64,000 bases of DNA from assembly GCF_006345805.1 (NCBI RefSeq), contig NC_043011.1:25246464-25310463 (forward strand), in the 5' to 3' direction. The notes under the pieces were generated by a model. That model was not told the DNA's origin and searched no databases. It was given only the letters and a program-made list of their open reading frames with translations. Origin of the DNA: Octopus sinensis. Its lineage: Eukaryota. A program made the position numbers and the translations under genes. Below, piece by piece: positions 1 through 14,254 of this stretch (its first letter is position 1; each line of letters starts with the position of its first letter).

Positions 1-814
1 ATAAACCTCATCGCTTTTGACAGGTACTACATTTGTGTGTTTGGTTTTGCTCATAAATATTAATTGCGATACGCAAAATCACAATAATCCCCAATTTCAA
101 TATGCTATGTGTGTTGCTTCTTTTTATATCGAGTGTAGTTAAACATATATTAAAAAAAAATCATTTTTAATATTAAATTCAGTTATCCGTGTCACACAAA
201 AATATCAATTATTAAATCATAAATAAATGGTATAAAACTTTGGTATCATTAATATAGCGGTGTCACTCTTGATAACAAGCTTTCATTTGTATGTAATAAT
301 TCGTGAAATAAGTTCTGAGAAGGCATTTCTTCAAGAAATTAGGAATTGCTAAAGAAAACCCCAACACATCGCCTTGAAGAGTGACCTTGCCAGAGATGTT
401 CTAACATCACTAGTTTTCTGGATTTCCAATATTCTCCTTTAGCATCGTGTATAGTTTAGACATTTTATAGTCGATGCAACTCTACAGATTAAACTTAGTG
501 AAAGTAATTTATTGCTAACTTGCTTGTGAATTCTACAGAAGTTAGCAAACGTCGAATTGTTAAGCAGCGCAAAACTTATCTAATGAATATTGTTAATAGG
601 ACATCCACATTAGGCAAATGGGCGAGCATTGTTTATTATTAGAGTTGCCTTCCCAGGGATTTGGTCAGTTTTAAGAATTGGTCAACGACGTTATTTGTGG
701 AACGTAATTTCAGACGGCAAAACTCAGTTGCCTCTCTCTCTTTCGTGCATAAGCATTCACTTTCAATTGAAATAAATAAATACAAAAATAAAGTATTTGA
801 TTATTATATGTTTT

Positions 815-1232
815 GGCGATCTTTCGTCTCTAGTAGACCTTTCCGTCGATTTCCGTAAAAAAAAAATTTTTTTTTTACATATGGGCTTGCGGGAACTTTT
901 GAAGTAATATACATACATATACACATACACCGAGTAAAAAATTTCAGTTATCTCTTTCTTTCACACATTACTTTGTCTCTTCACACACACTAACAGAAGC
1001 ACTTCACTTACACAATATACTGTCTGTCTCCCACACCCCATTAAACACACACACACACGTCCATCAATGCTCCCATGCACGGTAACTTCAAAAGAACTTC
1101 CCTCGTCATACAATCGCTTTCTCTTAGTCTCTTTCGCTCTCATTACTTCAAAAGTTCCCGCAAGCCCATATGTAAAAAAAAAAATTTTTTACGGAAATCG
1201 ACGGAAAGGTCTACTAGAGACGAAAGATTGCC
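815..1232. mobile_element. Intact MITE with ~92-bp TIRs and 8-bp TSD (Merlin-like by terminal signature)
   Basis: 815-908 and 1142-1232 are reverse complements, differing only in homopolymer lengths and one substitution. Termini are GGCGATC / GATTGCC. The identical 8-mer TATGTTTT flanks both ends (807-814, 1233-1240). GGNRM termini with an 8-bp TSD fit the Merlin superfamily. Confidence 0.8.
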
Positions 1233-2084
1233 TATGTTTTTCTTGTTCTTCATTTAATATCTTTGCAATGTATACATATTGTTATTTTGTGCATATATGC
1301 AAATAAACGTGTACATGCAAATATTAGAGCATCTGTGTATGCGGGCGCGTGACATGAATTTATTTTATTAGTTACCATAGTGATAATTAGTTCCTACCAC
1401 CTCTTATTCTAATCTAATTCATCTTACACTCAACTATTTCGATTGTGTGGTTAATAATAAAACTACAGATTTTCAGTTAAAGCTCCTCTTATCTGATTTC
1501 ACCAATTACATTCCTGCTTACCACGAATCAACCCGTTTTAATGCATTCTTGTTTCTCCCATACTTTGCGACTATTACACGTAATGTTTTCCTTCGTATAC
1601 TTTATAGAAAATATTACAGGAGCTTCTTCCTTTCGGAGGCCAGTGCTATCAAGTATTCCCTTTCATCTCTTTTATTTATACGCCACTCATTAAGTTTCAA
1701 ATTTACCGCATTAATTTCACTCATCGACCCACCTTCTAATTTTAGAGAACTCCCGGACTTAGTATGGGGATTATGTCCTTTATTCTTGAACGCAACGAAT
1801 CAAAAGGGATCTATTATAAAATTTTAGCTGTGTGTGTTTAAATCGGGCTCTATGTAAAGTTGGGGGGTCTTGGTTATGAGATTTTGTGAAAGAAAAATGT
1901 TTCAATTAAAGCTTATTCTTCGTCAGCATCAACGATTTTTACAATTTAACTTCGCTTTAAGGCTTTCATAGTGTTCAAGAAGTGGACAGACAGATTTTCG
2001 GAAAAATAACTTTCAAGTCATAAATATTACTTAATTTAATTGAAGCTAAAATTTAACTCCGTCTCACAAACGTATACATATTAT

Positions 2085-2119
2085 ATAATATATATATGTA
2101 TGTATGTATGTATGTGTGT

Positions 2120-2177
<58 letters not shown>

Positions 2178-2185
2178 ATGTATGT
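2085..2185. repeat. Compound (TA)/(TATG)/(TG)n microsatellite
   Basis: Directly visible. It accounts for spurious ORFs 2040..2261 and 2104..2298. Confidence 0.95.
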
Positions 2186-3368
2186 TCAAAATATATACAT
2201 ATATTTATATATGTATTTTGAAGAATATCTTATTTTTTCTGCAGACGTCAACATATTTTAGCATAAGAATGTTCGCAGAAAATTTTCGAGCAGACTAAAA
2301 CACAACTGAAACGAATGTGTTTATAGTGTGGTGTACAGATAATATAAAAAAAAAAAAACTGCACGCATAAGATTAATGTAATTTTATAAAGTTTTAAAGA
2401 CGTAAATCCTCAACAGAAAATCGTAAATGGTTCTTTGAAAGATTGTGAATGTTAAATATACTCGATTATTTACAGTAAAAATAAAACGTAAAGACGACCG
2501 AGAGCAAAACTAGTAGTATTTAGCTCTGACGCTAGGGGACAGCACGAGTATTAATGAACGAAAATGTGGAATTGTTCTCCGAAAGGAAACACAAAAAACT
2601 TGAAAAATAAAGTAACCTTCCTTCATGTTTATATTAAAAATGGTAATAAAAAGTTATTATATGTCTTCAGATTTGGTAAGGGATAATTACTGTTACATTA
2701 TTGAGGAAGAATGAGCTATTTCTATATATTAAACTGCTTATTAAATTAATGTTCTTTAGTACAGTATCAGGAACATTTCTAAGTGTGAGTGAGAATTTTG
2801 TGAGTCTCCCTTGAGGGAGTAGTCATTGCTAATCAGCTCCCTCATCCACTCACACTCATAAGGACAGCGACCCGTGAGTTGGACCAGGATTAGAGTGCGG
2901 CTAAGGTACAATTTTTCACCACCTTAATTAGAATCCATTCATATATTTCAAAATATTAACGTGTTTGTTCATTTAATATTATAAGAAAGACGTATGGAGT
3001 GTGAGTATTTATTCGAGGGAGCAATCATTGTTGTATTTAAAAAAATGTGACGGAGAAGTGTTTGTATTTTCAAATATTATTTAATTTGTGTATACAAATA
3101 ATGGATTTGATTTGTTTATTCATTCATAAATGCCAATTAAAGAAAATGAAATACCCCAGTCCTGTCACATTCCCTCCCAATCATTGTTTAAATAATGATT
3201 TTCTTTCTAAAGGAAAACCATTTTTTAAAATTGTGCCGTCTTTAAAAGTAATATATATATATACACGATGTTGTGCGTATATGACCATATATTTCTGTAT
3301 GTAAACTTTAATTACATCATCACACAGTTTCTATCTATTTTATATGTTTAAATTATTTCTCTTGAAAG

Positions 3369-4122
3369 ATGCAAGAACAAAACCGTGGAGCATCCGTGGT
3401 CAATGTCGGTCGCATCATCTTCACGAATTTCGAAAAAAATATCCTCAGAGAGTTGGTAGATGAACATCGGGAAATATTGGAATGTAAGAAAAATGATTGG
3501 CGATCCATCAAAATGAAGACAGAAACATGGAACGCCATAGCAGACGAATTCAATTCACAACCGGGTGTTAACCGGAAAGACTGCAAACAATTAAAGAAAT
3601 GCTGGGAGAACATGAAGGCAAGAGCCAAAAAAGCACTTAACAAAGACATTATAGAGATTCCACGTTTTGTAGAGGAGCTCGAAAATCAAGTAGGAAGCGC
3701 TGATGCTGTTACTCTTGGGGTATCTACTGGTAGTGTTGGAATTACCGGGGTTACCATTACTGGTACCGCAACACCTGCAGGTTCTGGTGGTTCTATCAAA
3801 GTAGAGCCAGTACACAATCGTTTGTATGTTGAAGCTGACCATCCTTATGTCGTCGGAGGTGGGCACGGCCATGCGGAGACATCTGGTGGTGCGAGTAACG
3901 GAGGTGGTGGCACAACTCCTGGAGGGAGCAGCGCGAATGGAAATGGAAACCCCGCGGGTAACGTTACACCAAGCGGTGCTGGTGGGAATGGTACCACGGC
4001 AACGGTGGTTGGAGTTGTTACTGGGGGAACAGGACATATAAACAATAACAACAACCACACACACATTCATAACCACAGCCAAGCGCATATACAGAATAAC
4101 TTTACACATCAGTCAGTCACAG
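3369..4122 (+). CDS. Myb/SANT-like DNA-binding domain protein (MSANTD-type), coding exon 1 of 2
   Basis: FTNFEKNILRELVDEHREILECKKND...KTETWNAIADEFNS...QLKKCWENMKARAKK matches the Myb_DNA-bind_5/MSANTD pattern. A pyrimidine tract plus AG lies immediately before the ATG. Donor AG|GTAGGG follows 4122, phase 1. The rest of the exon is Gly/Thr/Asn/His low complexity. Confidence 0.9.
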
Positions 4123-4287
4123 GTAGGGAGACTTGTTTTGTCATTTTGCTAAGTGTATCATTATTGCATGTGTATCTGTGAGTGTAACGTCTATTTTGAT
4201 ATGATATACACGATGAAATAATGAATAATGCAGATATGTGCGTTTGTATGTATGACATTTTCTTTCCTTCTCACTCTATCACTGTAG

Positions 4288-4319
<32 letters not shown>

Positions 4320-4639
4320 ATGTATATATATATATATATATACACGCATACACGTGTGTGAGTCGCTGTTTAACTACTGATGTACACGTGTAAACAAATT
4401 AATATGTATGTATGCATGCATATCGTCATCATTATATCAGTGCTACATTCGGTCAAGTGTGTACTCAATCAATATATCATGTTTAACCATCTTAATACTG
4501 TCACAGCTAATCTAAGGTCCAGTCAGTCTCCTTCCTCAAATGTAACCTAATGGACACTATTTCAGCTCTTCACCTCACTGTAGTTTTCGCCCAACATGTA
4601 TTATCCATTTACATCATTACATTTCCGTGCTCATCTTTC

Positions 4640-4642
<3 letters not shown>

Positions 4643-4706
<64 letters not shown>
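4643..4706. repeat. (TA)n(CA)n microsatellite
   Basis: Directly visible, in the Myb/SANT gene intron. Confidence 0.95.
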
Positions 4707-4708
<2 letters not shown>

Positions 4709-6479
4709 ATTACAACAAGCCAACTTAATACATTTTCGTCAGTTCCCATCAAATCATTGGCATTGCACCGTGTCTATGTTCAAGACACATGTCTTGTGAG
4801 TTTGGTACACATCTAGGGCATTCTTTCGTTACTATCAGTTATTAGAGCCTTATCTGGTAATAAACAGTTATTCTTATCTTCCTCATATATAAAATAATGC
4901 AACAACAAAAAACAAAACCCCAACAACAAGGAAGCCTGGATTAGTGTCCTCGAATCATTTCAGTTTTGATATTGGATCTGAGGTTTATCGGCAGTGTTGT
5001 GATGGTTGTTGTGTAATAGTCTCTTCTACTATAAACATAACCCCATACAGGCAGCTACGACTAAATCGAATAATATGGATGATGGCAATATGTTGTTTAG
5101 TTCTACTTTCCTTTGGTCTTCAACTTCTGATGGAGTTGAAAGGCCGTCCATTGTGACATACAGCGCGTCTAGAGCATTGTAAACTTCGAAGGCTCATCTC
5201 TCACGTTTGACTACAGCTTATTTGTTCCAGAGAGAAGAGCAGAGTGAGAGATAAATCAACACCAGTGCTGGACTGGTATTTGCTCGACCCTGGAAGGATG
5301 AAAGGTGAAGTTGATATTAGTAGATTTGAAGTCAGAACGTAGCAAGCAGGCAGCAATACTACAAAGTATCCAACGATGTAACAAATCCACCAACTTAACG
5401 CTTTGTATGTTGGTTAATACTTTTGATTGAAGTTTAGATGCTGTTTGTACATTTGACATTGAACATTCTTTAGATCATTACTCAAATCTATCTTCAGTGT
5501 ACATTTTACTACTATATAGCATTACAATTTTTTAGACACACTTCTTGTTTAGCTTTCATAGACACAGAAAGAGAAATCCTCCACTGCTTTCATCAATCAT
5601 TGGTTAACTGCAGCTTGTGGGACTTTCTGAATGACACACCTAACATAAAATTACCTTGAATTTTTTTTTAGTGCAGCTTGCCTGATGATGAACCATGTCT
5701 CATGCAATCTGGTAAAAGGTTGCCCATGCCTGACTTACCATAGTACATTACTCTGAAGTTTTGCAATATCTTTTGGACTCTAGCTATCAGAGGTCATGGC
5801 TAGCTGTATCTCCAATAGCAGCTGTATCACCTAAATCAGATAATTTATTTTATTTATTTCAGCCATCTAGTTTTCAATCTAGTGCTGTTTACACTCCATC
5901 AATTTTTCCAATTAGCCTAGTAGATAACCAATTGCTGTTTTTGTATACCTACTATTTCCCCTGATTACATAGTATTGAGTAAGAGATGATTTCTTTATTT
6001 AATACCAAAGAAAATTACACCTCTGGTGGTATTGAGTTGGTCAATATAGAGAAAGACTAACAGGGTTACAAGCAGTGTCGTGTAGTGAGCAATGGGAAAA
6101 CCAGAGTGGGTAAATTATTTGCATTGAGACTATCATCATGATCCTTTAACGTCTATTTTTCATGCTGGCTTGGGTTGGATGGTTTGACCAGAGCTGGCAA
6201 GCTGGAGAGCCACACCAGGTTTCAGTTTGATTTGGCTTTGTTTCTATGGCTTGATGCCTTTCCTAACACCAACCACTTTACCATGTGTGCTGGGTGATTT
6301 TAACATGACACCAGCTCGGGCACTTTTATGTTTTCACCGGCACTGAGGCAGGACTCTTGCAGGCCAATCCTCTTGACCTGTGAAGGACAGATCTTGGGAG
6401 TGAACATGAGAATTCACTTTCAGTGTACTAGCAGTTGTTTATCAAAGCTTGGTTTTTAAATTTGTTTTACATTATTGTT

Positions 6480-6780
6480 GTCGAAGTAAATGCAATGGAG
6501 ACCTGGATGAAAGCTGTCAGAAACTTTTGAATACCGATGTTGCAATTCCCATTGAAGAATGTGCTGATTGCAGAAGTTTGAAATCTGGAAAAGTGGCTTT
6601 GAGTCAAAAGGTCCTAAGGCAAATATAAGTTCAACATAAGCCAACAAGAGAACCTGTATGTTTACTCTGCTAGATAATAATAGACACCTTTCCTTTAAAG
6701 CATATTCTAGCATCTTTAAAAAGGGATACATTGGATAATGTTTGCAGTTCACTATTTGAGAAAATGTGATGCTCATGGTT
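6480..6780 (+). mobile_element. Degenerate RTE-clade LINE reverse-transcriptase fragment (intronic)
   Basis: Plus-strand translation WKSGFESKGPKANISS resembles the RTE segment WK.GLESKGL.VN..KT that follows YADD. Frameshifted, with stops. Confidence 0.55.
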
Positions 6781-8551
6781 TGATTACCTTTTATTATGGG
6801 TCTGTTTGATCAGGGCTGGCTTGTGGGGCTAATCAGCACACAAGTTCAACAGCAAGGAGAACTTGGCCTTGTTTGGTATGTTGGAAAGAGGTAAAGAGGT
6901 AGAAAGAAATTACACATTACTCTGTGATATCTAGCAAACAGAACTTTAGATGTACTTAAGGATCATCCATGAAATGAAGAACATAGACTGCTCTAAGTGC
7001 TTACTGATATTTGTAGATTAATTTTGTGACCTTGGTCAGCACTTCTCAAACTGACAAATACTACCAGACATACCAGTCTCTGGAAAAGAAAAAATAAATT
7101 TTTGCACACTTTCTCTTTATTAATGAAAAACAAAATAGAATTTATATTCATATACTTCTTTCTTTGTCAAATTGTTGGACAAGTTTAAAGCTATCTCAGT
7201 TTTACTAACCCTTTGCTGGTCCTGTGTATCATGGTACACAAGACATATTTCCCTGTTGTCCATATGATACACAGTCCCAATTTCTTTCAACCACCAGAAT
7301 AACTTGGGACTTGTGAAAGGAAAGTTTTATATAATTCAGAATTTATGAAACAAGGGTTAACTAAAATTTTGAAAACCAGCATGGACATTTAGGACAAACT
7401 TATGTAAATGCTTTGGTCAGGCAAAGGATTGAATGAAGCCCTTTGTCCATTTCCTATGGTTTCTCCTCTGAGAAGCAAAGATCTAGGTGGTCTAATTAGG
7501 GTCAGAATTGGAACTGGTGATAGTATTGGCAGACTTTGAACAGAGTGAAATGCACTCAGAGAACTTTTACATCTGTTTGGATCATAGATTTAATTCATTA
7601 TATGGGTTTAGCACCACCACCTAACTCTTGGCGGTCCTTTGGTGGAATCTACTTTGTTTTTGCATACATCTAAATCAAATCACTTGTCTGAGGAAGATAA
7701 CCCAATAACTTGAAACACTGTTTCTACTGTAGCAACCTCACATGAGTTAACTTATGAGAATGATTGAACACAAAGGAATTTATGAGAGCAAGTGAACAGT
7801 AGAGGATATCTGCAGAAGGAACAACTTTGCAAATGTGGAAATGTAATATGCATAGATGTCACATGCTGCTTGGAAAAGTGTAAGTTGGTTGTGGAAGGTA
7901 CCCACAATAGAGATAGACCAAAGAAGACTTGAGAGTTTTTATGAGGTTACTCAAACTGCCATAAGTAGCAACCATCTTTCTTATATACACTCTACCATCC
8001 TAAAAAGAAAATTATGGAAAAAAATTAAGGACAATTGGATAATGTCCTGAATATATTGTCTGAAAAACAACTGGATAGCTGTGCCTAGAATTCCTGTTAT
8101 CACAGGTCTTCTCATTCAAGGCTGACCTAGAGCTAAACAACTTACAAAGATTTGTTAGACCTCATGGATTAGATGGTACCAAACCAAAATGGATGGAACA
8201 GTATTGTATTGTAGACCAATCTGGTCATAGTACTGACAATGACATGTTGGTAATCTAGTTTCCAGAAATTGATGTTACGGTTGAGGTGTCCTTGTTTATG
8301 CTTTGTTTTTATATCAGTTGTGAATATTTCGAAGTTGGGTTCTGTTGAGTTCTGACATTCTTAGTGAACAGATGAGATAAAGATAATGGCTCAGTACAAG
8401 TCGACGCAGTCTTAAATTACATCCCTTGCATGTATCAAGTTCGTTTTTGCAGTGAAGTGTATACTGGGGAAGCGATGTTGTAGTTGTTGTTGAGATGGTC
8501 TCTAATTGTGATGTATGTGCAGCTTGTTAAAATGCAGAGAACATTAATTAA

Positions 8552-8759
8552 CCCTTTTAATTCCAACCTGACTAAGACTACTCTGGATCTATAATACCAA
8601 CTACCTGTTTTGAAGTATTCCCATTAAAATTCCATGTTAATTTTGTTACAAAAAGTAGTTTTATAAATGACCAAGTTATTTTACAAACTTCTTCACTATT
8701 TTTCAGAATTAATTGAAACAAAGGCAGTATATTTCAACAGAAATATGGTAATGAAAGGG
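8552..8759. mobile_element. piggyBac-like MITE (TTAA|CCCTTT...AAAGGG|TTAT)
   Basis: Left TTAA at 8548-8551 and CCC/GGG termini. Related to the copy at 43413-43632. Confidence 0.6.
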
Positions 8760-9490
8760 TTATGAGTTTAATATTCTAGGCTTCTATATATGTATACACT
8801 CTTAAAATAAGGTTAATCTGGTATATTATAATCTTAATTATAGCAACTCATCTTGAGACATTCAATAAAAAATTTATATTGTTCATCTCTTTATGAATTT
8901 ACATGGCTGTATGCTTAAGAAGTTGGCTTTGAAACTGTGTGTTCTACATTCAGTTGTACTGCGAGACACTACAAGTTTTTTTTAACCATTTTGATACTGG
9001 CCTTGATTTATTTCTTGTAGACACAGTTTGTTAGAAAGACTTTTCTTCTTTCTCACAAATCTCTTAATCAGTTTGAACTAATTATATTTTTGTTGTATTA
9101 TTTTACTACCTTTTTCCATGCTTGCATCTACTTTTACAGTTGGTTACTCTAACCTAATACTTAACATTTTACTGTGAAGTAACTTGTTTAGAATAATGGG
9201 CAAGACTGAGTTAAATTCTCTACCCAGCTGTAAAAAAAGAAAAAGAGACTTTATTAAGGTTTGAACTCATGACCATATAGTTAGTAGTTCAGAAGTCAAA
9301 CCTCGGAGTCACTTGTACCCCATAATGATATTTTCTCTTCTGATTATCATATAAAATATACTAAATGTGTTCATATATGTCATACATTTATATGTGTATG
9401 TATGTATATAATGTGTATATGTATGTGCGTATATTGTTGACATACTTTTCATCTGTTATGCATCATTTTTGTTTCTATTATCTTATGCAG

Positions 9491-9843
9491 TCTTAGAATG
9501 TCCAGACGATGATGATAGTCCACCACCAACCATAACTGTTCCTGTTTCTGGAGGACCTGTGCCTACGGGGATATTTCCTATTTCTAACGGTGACATGTGC
9601 AGTCCAAACAGCATGTTAGCAGGAGGTGATGCAACCACACAAGCAATAAATAACCAAGTTGTACTTGTAAAAATGCAACAGGAACAACATGAAATGCAAA
9701 TGTTAATGATGAAACGAAAATTAGATTATGCAGCTGCTGAACACAAAGCCAAAATGGACGTTTTCCAGATTCAACGCCAATACTGGGCTCTACAATGTGA
9801 GGAAATAATGCAGAAAAAATACCCCTCCCAAAACAGTAGTTGA
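9491..9843 (+). CDS. Myb/SANT-like protein, coding exon 2 (C-terminal coiled coil, stop TGA 9841-9843)
   Basis: Acceptor TTATGCAG ends at 9490. The phase-1 join G|TC gives Val and continues VLECPDDDDSPPP...KMQQEQHEMQMLMMKRKLDYAAAEHKAKMDVFQIQRQYW. Joined CDS is 754+353=1107 nt, 368 aa plus stop. Confidence 0.85.
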
Positions 9844-10310
9844 AAGCAAAAAATATTTCTAGATTATTAAGATGAAATCTGTCATTCCCTCTGTATTTTT
9901 ATCTTTCTAAAAATCCAGTTCTAAATATAGTCCTCTATTTTCTACATTTGTACATCAGTCTTTGATGATCTAGTTAACTGTCTGTCTATCTATCACTCTA
10001 TATACTTGTCTATTTGTCTACCATTCTCTGTTTCAATCTGTCCCTCTATTCTGTCAGTCTGTCTCTTCTGTATTACATCTATCTATATAGCTAGAGTTGG
10101 TTGATATTGTAAGTTTATTTTGTATATTTTAACAAATTCAATATATAGTGACTATATTTTATTGCTTCATTTGTTTATAATCCTTAAAAATTGTCATCCT
10201 CAGCTTTGTTGCTTGTCATCCATCTCAACTCTATATATAGAATAGTCAAAATATGCTTGATGAAAAATGAATTTTATTTATTTTTTTAAATATTTTATGC
10301 ATTGATGTAC

Positions 10311-12660
10311 TCATCATCACATCACCACCACCACCATCATCATCATGTCTACATTTTCATATATGCATGGGTTGAACAGGTCTTCTCTTGCACAGCATCT
10401 TGTCATTTGTTGTGGTCCTTTGTAATCTCCTTTTGTGAGGTTCAGTCCCTTGAGATCAGCTTTCACCACTTCTTCCCATGTCTTCCTCAGTCTTCCCCTT
10501 CTACAGATTCCTTCCACTTGGATCTTCTGAAACTCAGCTGCCATACTCTGTAAGCATCACACATTTTAAACCAGTGCAATCTTCTCTTGCACACTACACA
10601 TGATTCCTCTGATAGCCAGTGTTTTTACAAATCATTTGTGCTCTCTTGTTCATGCACACTTACATTACACACTCTGCAGAGCATGTTTGTTTCATTTCTT
10701 TCCAGCTTTCACACATCCTCTGCATCCACTCTTCATGTTTTGCTATTATATAGCACTACACTTCATAAATAAGTATTATACAATCTGTCCTTCACCCAGA
10801 GAGAGAACTCCCTTGTTGCCAAAAGCGATAATAGCTCCCTGAACTTTTTCCCACTTGGTTCTTACTCTGGCTACTATATTTTCAGAATGACTGTCTCCGC
10901 TACTGAAACCATCAACTACTTTTAGGAAGCCTTCCAAACATTTCAAAGAATTTATTTCATTGCTACTTTTGCTGCTAACTACTCTTGTGCAATGGTTACT
11001 TATTAAGTCCTATTTTTTTGTTCTGTCAACCTGCTTGTGGCTCCACAAAACCTTTTGTATGCATAGTTTACATTTGGTACAGAGTTCCTCCTTATTGAAT
11101 ATAGCCACCTCCTTGGTGGCGGCATAATCTGTTGAGTTCTGTCTTCTTTCCTGCTACATAAACTTTATATTTGCTATGTTTACTTTGAAGCCTCTCAATT
11201 CTAGGATTTTGCTTCCAAATTTGGAATTTCTTCTAATTCTTCAAACCTTGAGAACTAGATCATTGGCAGACAGGAGTTTCTATGGTCAACCAGCATGCTA
11301 TAACTTGGAGAACTATAACAAAGGGGAAGGATTTGAGAACTGAATCCTGATACACACCTACCTCACTGTAAATTCCATACTGAACTCATTGATAATTTTT
11401 ACCTAGCTGATGGCCTCTCTATGCATGGTTTGCATGATACTCGTAAGCCATTCATGTACATCTAGTTTTCTGATTAATATAGTACAGAGTATGGTATCCT
11501 GTCAAAAGCTGTCTTTTACTAAATATGGCAGTTTAACCCTTTACATTTAGGCAGCCTATATTCAGCCCAAATATTTGACCTGTTTTATGTTCAAACTTGC
11601 CAGGTCTGGCTTCTCACACCCACTCTACAATGTCATTCTAAAGATAAACAATCACTTCAGAATCTCAAAGCTATGAGATAATGCATAATTAATTTGAAGA
11701 CTGAATAAATAAGTTTTATAGTTGACAAATTAATTTAAATGCTAAAGAGTTATCTTATCTTCCCTATAGTTGCTTTCTGGGGGAAGAAGGCATTGGTGGT
11801 ACTCTTTCCTGGCACAAACCCAAAGTGTGTCTGCATTTGAACTAATTCTTTTCCTAATCAGTTATACTGTAATTCTTTCTGTTATTTTCATGACTTATTC
11901 TATTCATTCGATACCTTCCCAATTTCCTCTCTCTAGAGCATCCGCCACTCCTTTACCCCTGAAAATGATACTGCTTTGCTAGTCATTAGTTATGACACTT
12001 CCCTGTACTAACAGACTGATTATGCAAATATCTAGAATTTATCCTAGCACATGGCCAAATATTTCCTGTATTTTAAGTGACTATCCCTTATGAACCAGTT
12101 ATTTTCTCTAGTGTCATATCTTTTAATTGCTCTTTTCACTGAATAGCTTTTACCTTCAATAGCTGGTCTCTCTGTTGGGTCTATTTGGGGTAGTAACATT
12201 TTCATGCCTCTCCTCATCATCAGTGAAAGCAAGTGTGCCTCACTATCATTCCATGCACACTTTCTCAAATGATGTCATGATTCACACTGGCACATTGCTT
12301 TACAACCCAGAACATCTCAAATCTCTGCAACAATATTCTTGTTGCAGAATATCTACTTTTAGCCTGTCTCTCAGTTACATATACCTAACATCTAACTTCT
12401 CTTCTAGCTACTGATATTATTCCTTGTTCTCTTTCCCCTCTTCCAATCTTTCTAAGCATGTCTTAGTTTTTATGGCTCTTTCTTCTTTACACTTCTTTTA
12501 TCATGTCATCTTCTGTCTGACTGGACCCTTACTCCTTCCACAAATCTGATCAGTGGCTCCCAACAGGTTGTCTTATATCTCCATATACCCTCTGCATTAT
12601 AAGTTTCCATCTGCTCCTCCTCCTTGTCATACACAGTTAGTACTTCTTTGAACCTATGTC
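10311..12660 (-). mobile_element. Fragmented RTE-clade LINE (RT region to 3' end), interrupted by a MITE at ~11534-11750
   Basis: The minus strand gives RKLDVHEWL..MQTM, KLLSANDLVL (YADD remnant), FQIWKQNLELRGFKVNIAK, DPTERPAI and GRLRKTWEEVVKADLKGLNLT, and ends in a (GAT)n-type tail at 10311-10345. Confidence 0.8.
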
Positions 12661-13604
12661 TGTCTCATTGAGTGATCTGTCAATTTCCATGCCTTCCTTC
12701 AGCAGATTGTCTTGCAAAAGTTAAAAGTTATTATGTATATATGTATGATATAAATGCTCACATACACACACATAAACACATTCATCTCTTTCTTTCTCTC
12801 CCTCCCTACCTCCCTGTATCTGTCTGTCTATTTGTATCATCATTGTTATTTTCCGTCTGTTTTTCCATGCTGGCATGGATTGGACGGATATCCTCACATC
12901 TTTGTAATCTACATCACCATACTCATGCAGCAAAAAAATATAAAGGAAACCAAACAAAACAAAACAATCGCCTTTGTTGTTGTGTATGTCTTACACCATA
13001 GACCAGATGCATTTGACCGTACCGTCGGCACTGTAGAGCTTGTCCTTTGAGCGACAACTAAACAGTCCCTACTAACCTTCATCAATTCATATCCAAAGAT
13101 TATTGCTCTGCTAGATAGATAATCTGTGATGAAACTTGTGGTGCCCCAAGTGTCATGAAAAAAATTATTCAGTATCTGTTTTGTATTCTGCTTTCCTCAT
13201 ACTTTGAACAACATTCACAATTCCTTGTAGCCATGCCATTTGTCATAATCTGTTAGGTTCTGTAGTTCTGAGATTTTTTTTATATGTTACAAACTTAACC
13301 CACTTATAAGTGGCAAACAAATTTATAATTTTAGTGCAAGTACAGGTGTATGCTGGAGTATAAAGTAAATTCTGTGACATAAATTCTTAAAAGAAAAATA
13401 TTTTTACTACAAAGTAACATATTTTATCCTTAGATTTTTCAGTAGTCTCTATAATATTCTTTTTTCTTTGAAAGTGTAATAGCCTGTGTTCAGTAGCTTG
13501 TGTAACATTTTATTTTTTTTATAGATCTTCATCCTGGTCCTGGTATTATAATCTGGTTTCTCTCAGTGGCAAATTGTTTCTGTCTTACCCTTTCTTTTTC
13601 TTTG

Positions 13605-13638
<34 letters not shown>

Positions 13639-13994
13639 ATGAACTTGTCCAACCCATGTTGATATGGAAGAGAAGATGTAAAACCAAAGAGAATGATAAT
13701 CAGATGTATTAGGTGTACCTACATGTGTGTGTTGGTGTGTGTATGTATATATGTATGTATGTATATATGTATGTGTATGTATGTATATATATGTGTGTGT
13801 GCACACAACTATATATAACTATTGTCAAGCAAACATTCTGATGAGATGGTTATTGTAAAAGAATTATTCAGAAATAATTTCATTACTTATTATTTTGTTC
13901 AGTCATTTATGAGAAGTCGGCAATCATTCTGGAAATATTTTAAAAGCATTTATCAAAATCATATCTCAATCAGATAAATTTTCTTCAGTTCAGC

Positions 13995-14014
13995 TTATTA
14001 TATATATATATATA

Positions 14015-14080
<66 letters not shown>

Positions 14081-14187
14081 TACATACACACATACACATC
14101 AATGCCTGGTTAGTGGCCAGCTTGAATTCTCCAAATGAAAAATCATAAATTCTAAAGAAAACACACACATACATATGTATGTACGTA

Positions 14188-14254
<67 letters not shown>

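Noticed and set aside
3591-4109. 172-aa antisense ORF and other ORFs overlapping the Myb/SANT exon
   Set aside because: Shadow frames of a GC-richer low-complexity exon, with no recognisable domain.
3369-4181. ORF-track 270-aa single-exon protein
   Set aside because: The last 19 codons run past a good donor at 4123. The phase-matched exon at 9491 gives a more coherent protein.
8221-8520. Coding-looking intronic stretch, possible LINE/Penelope fragment or extra exon
   Set aside because: The frames examined had stops and no motif I could assign with confidence, and the two Myb/SANT exons already join in phase.
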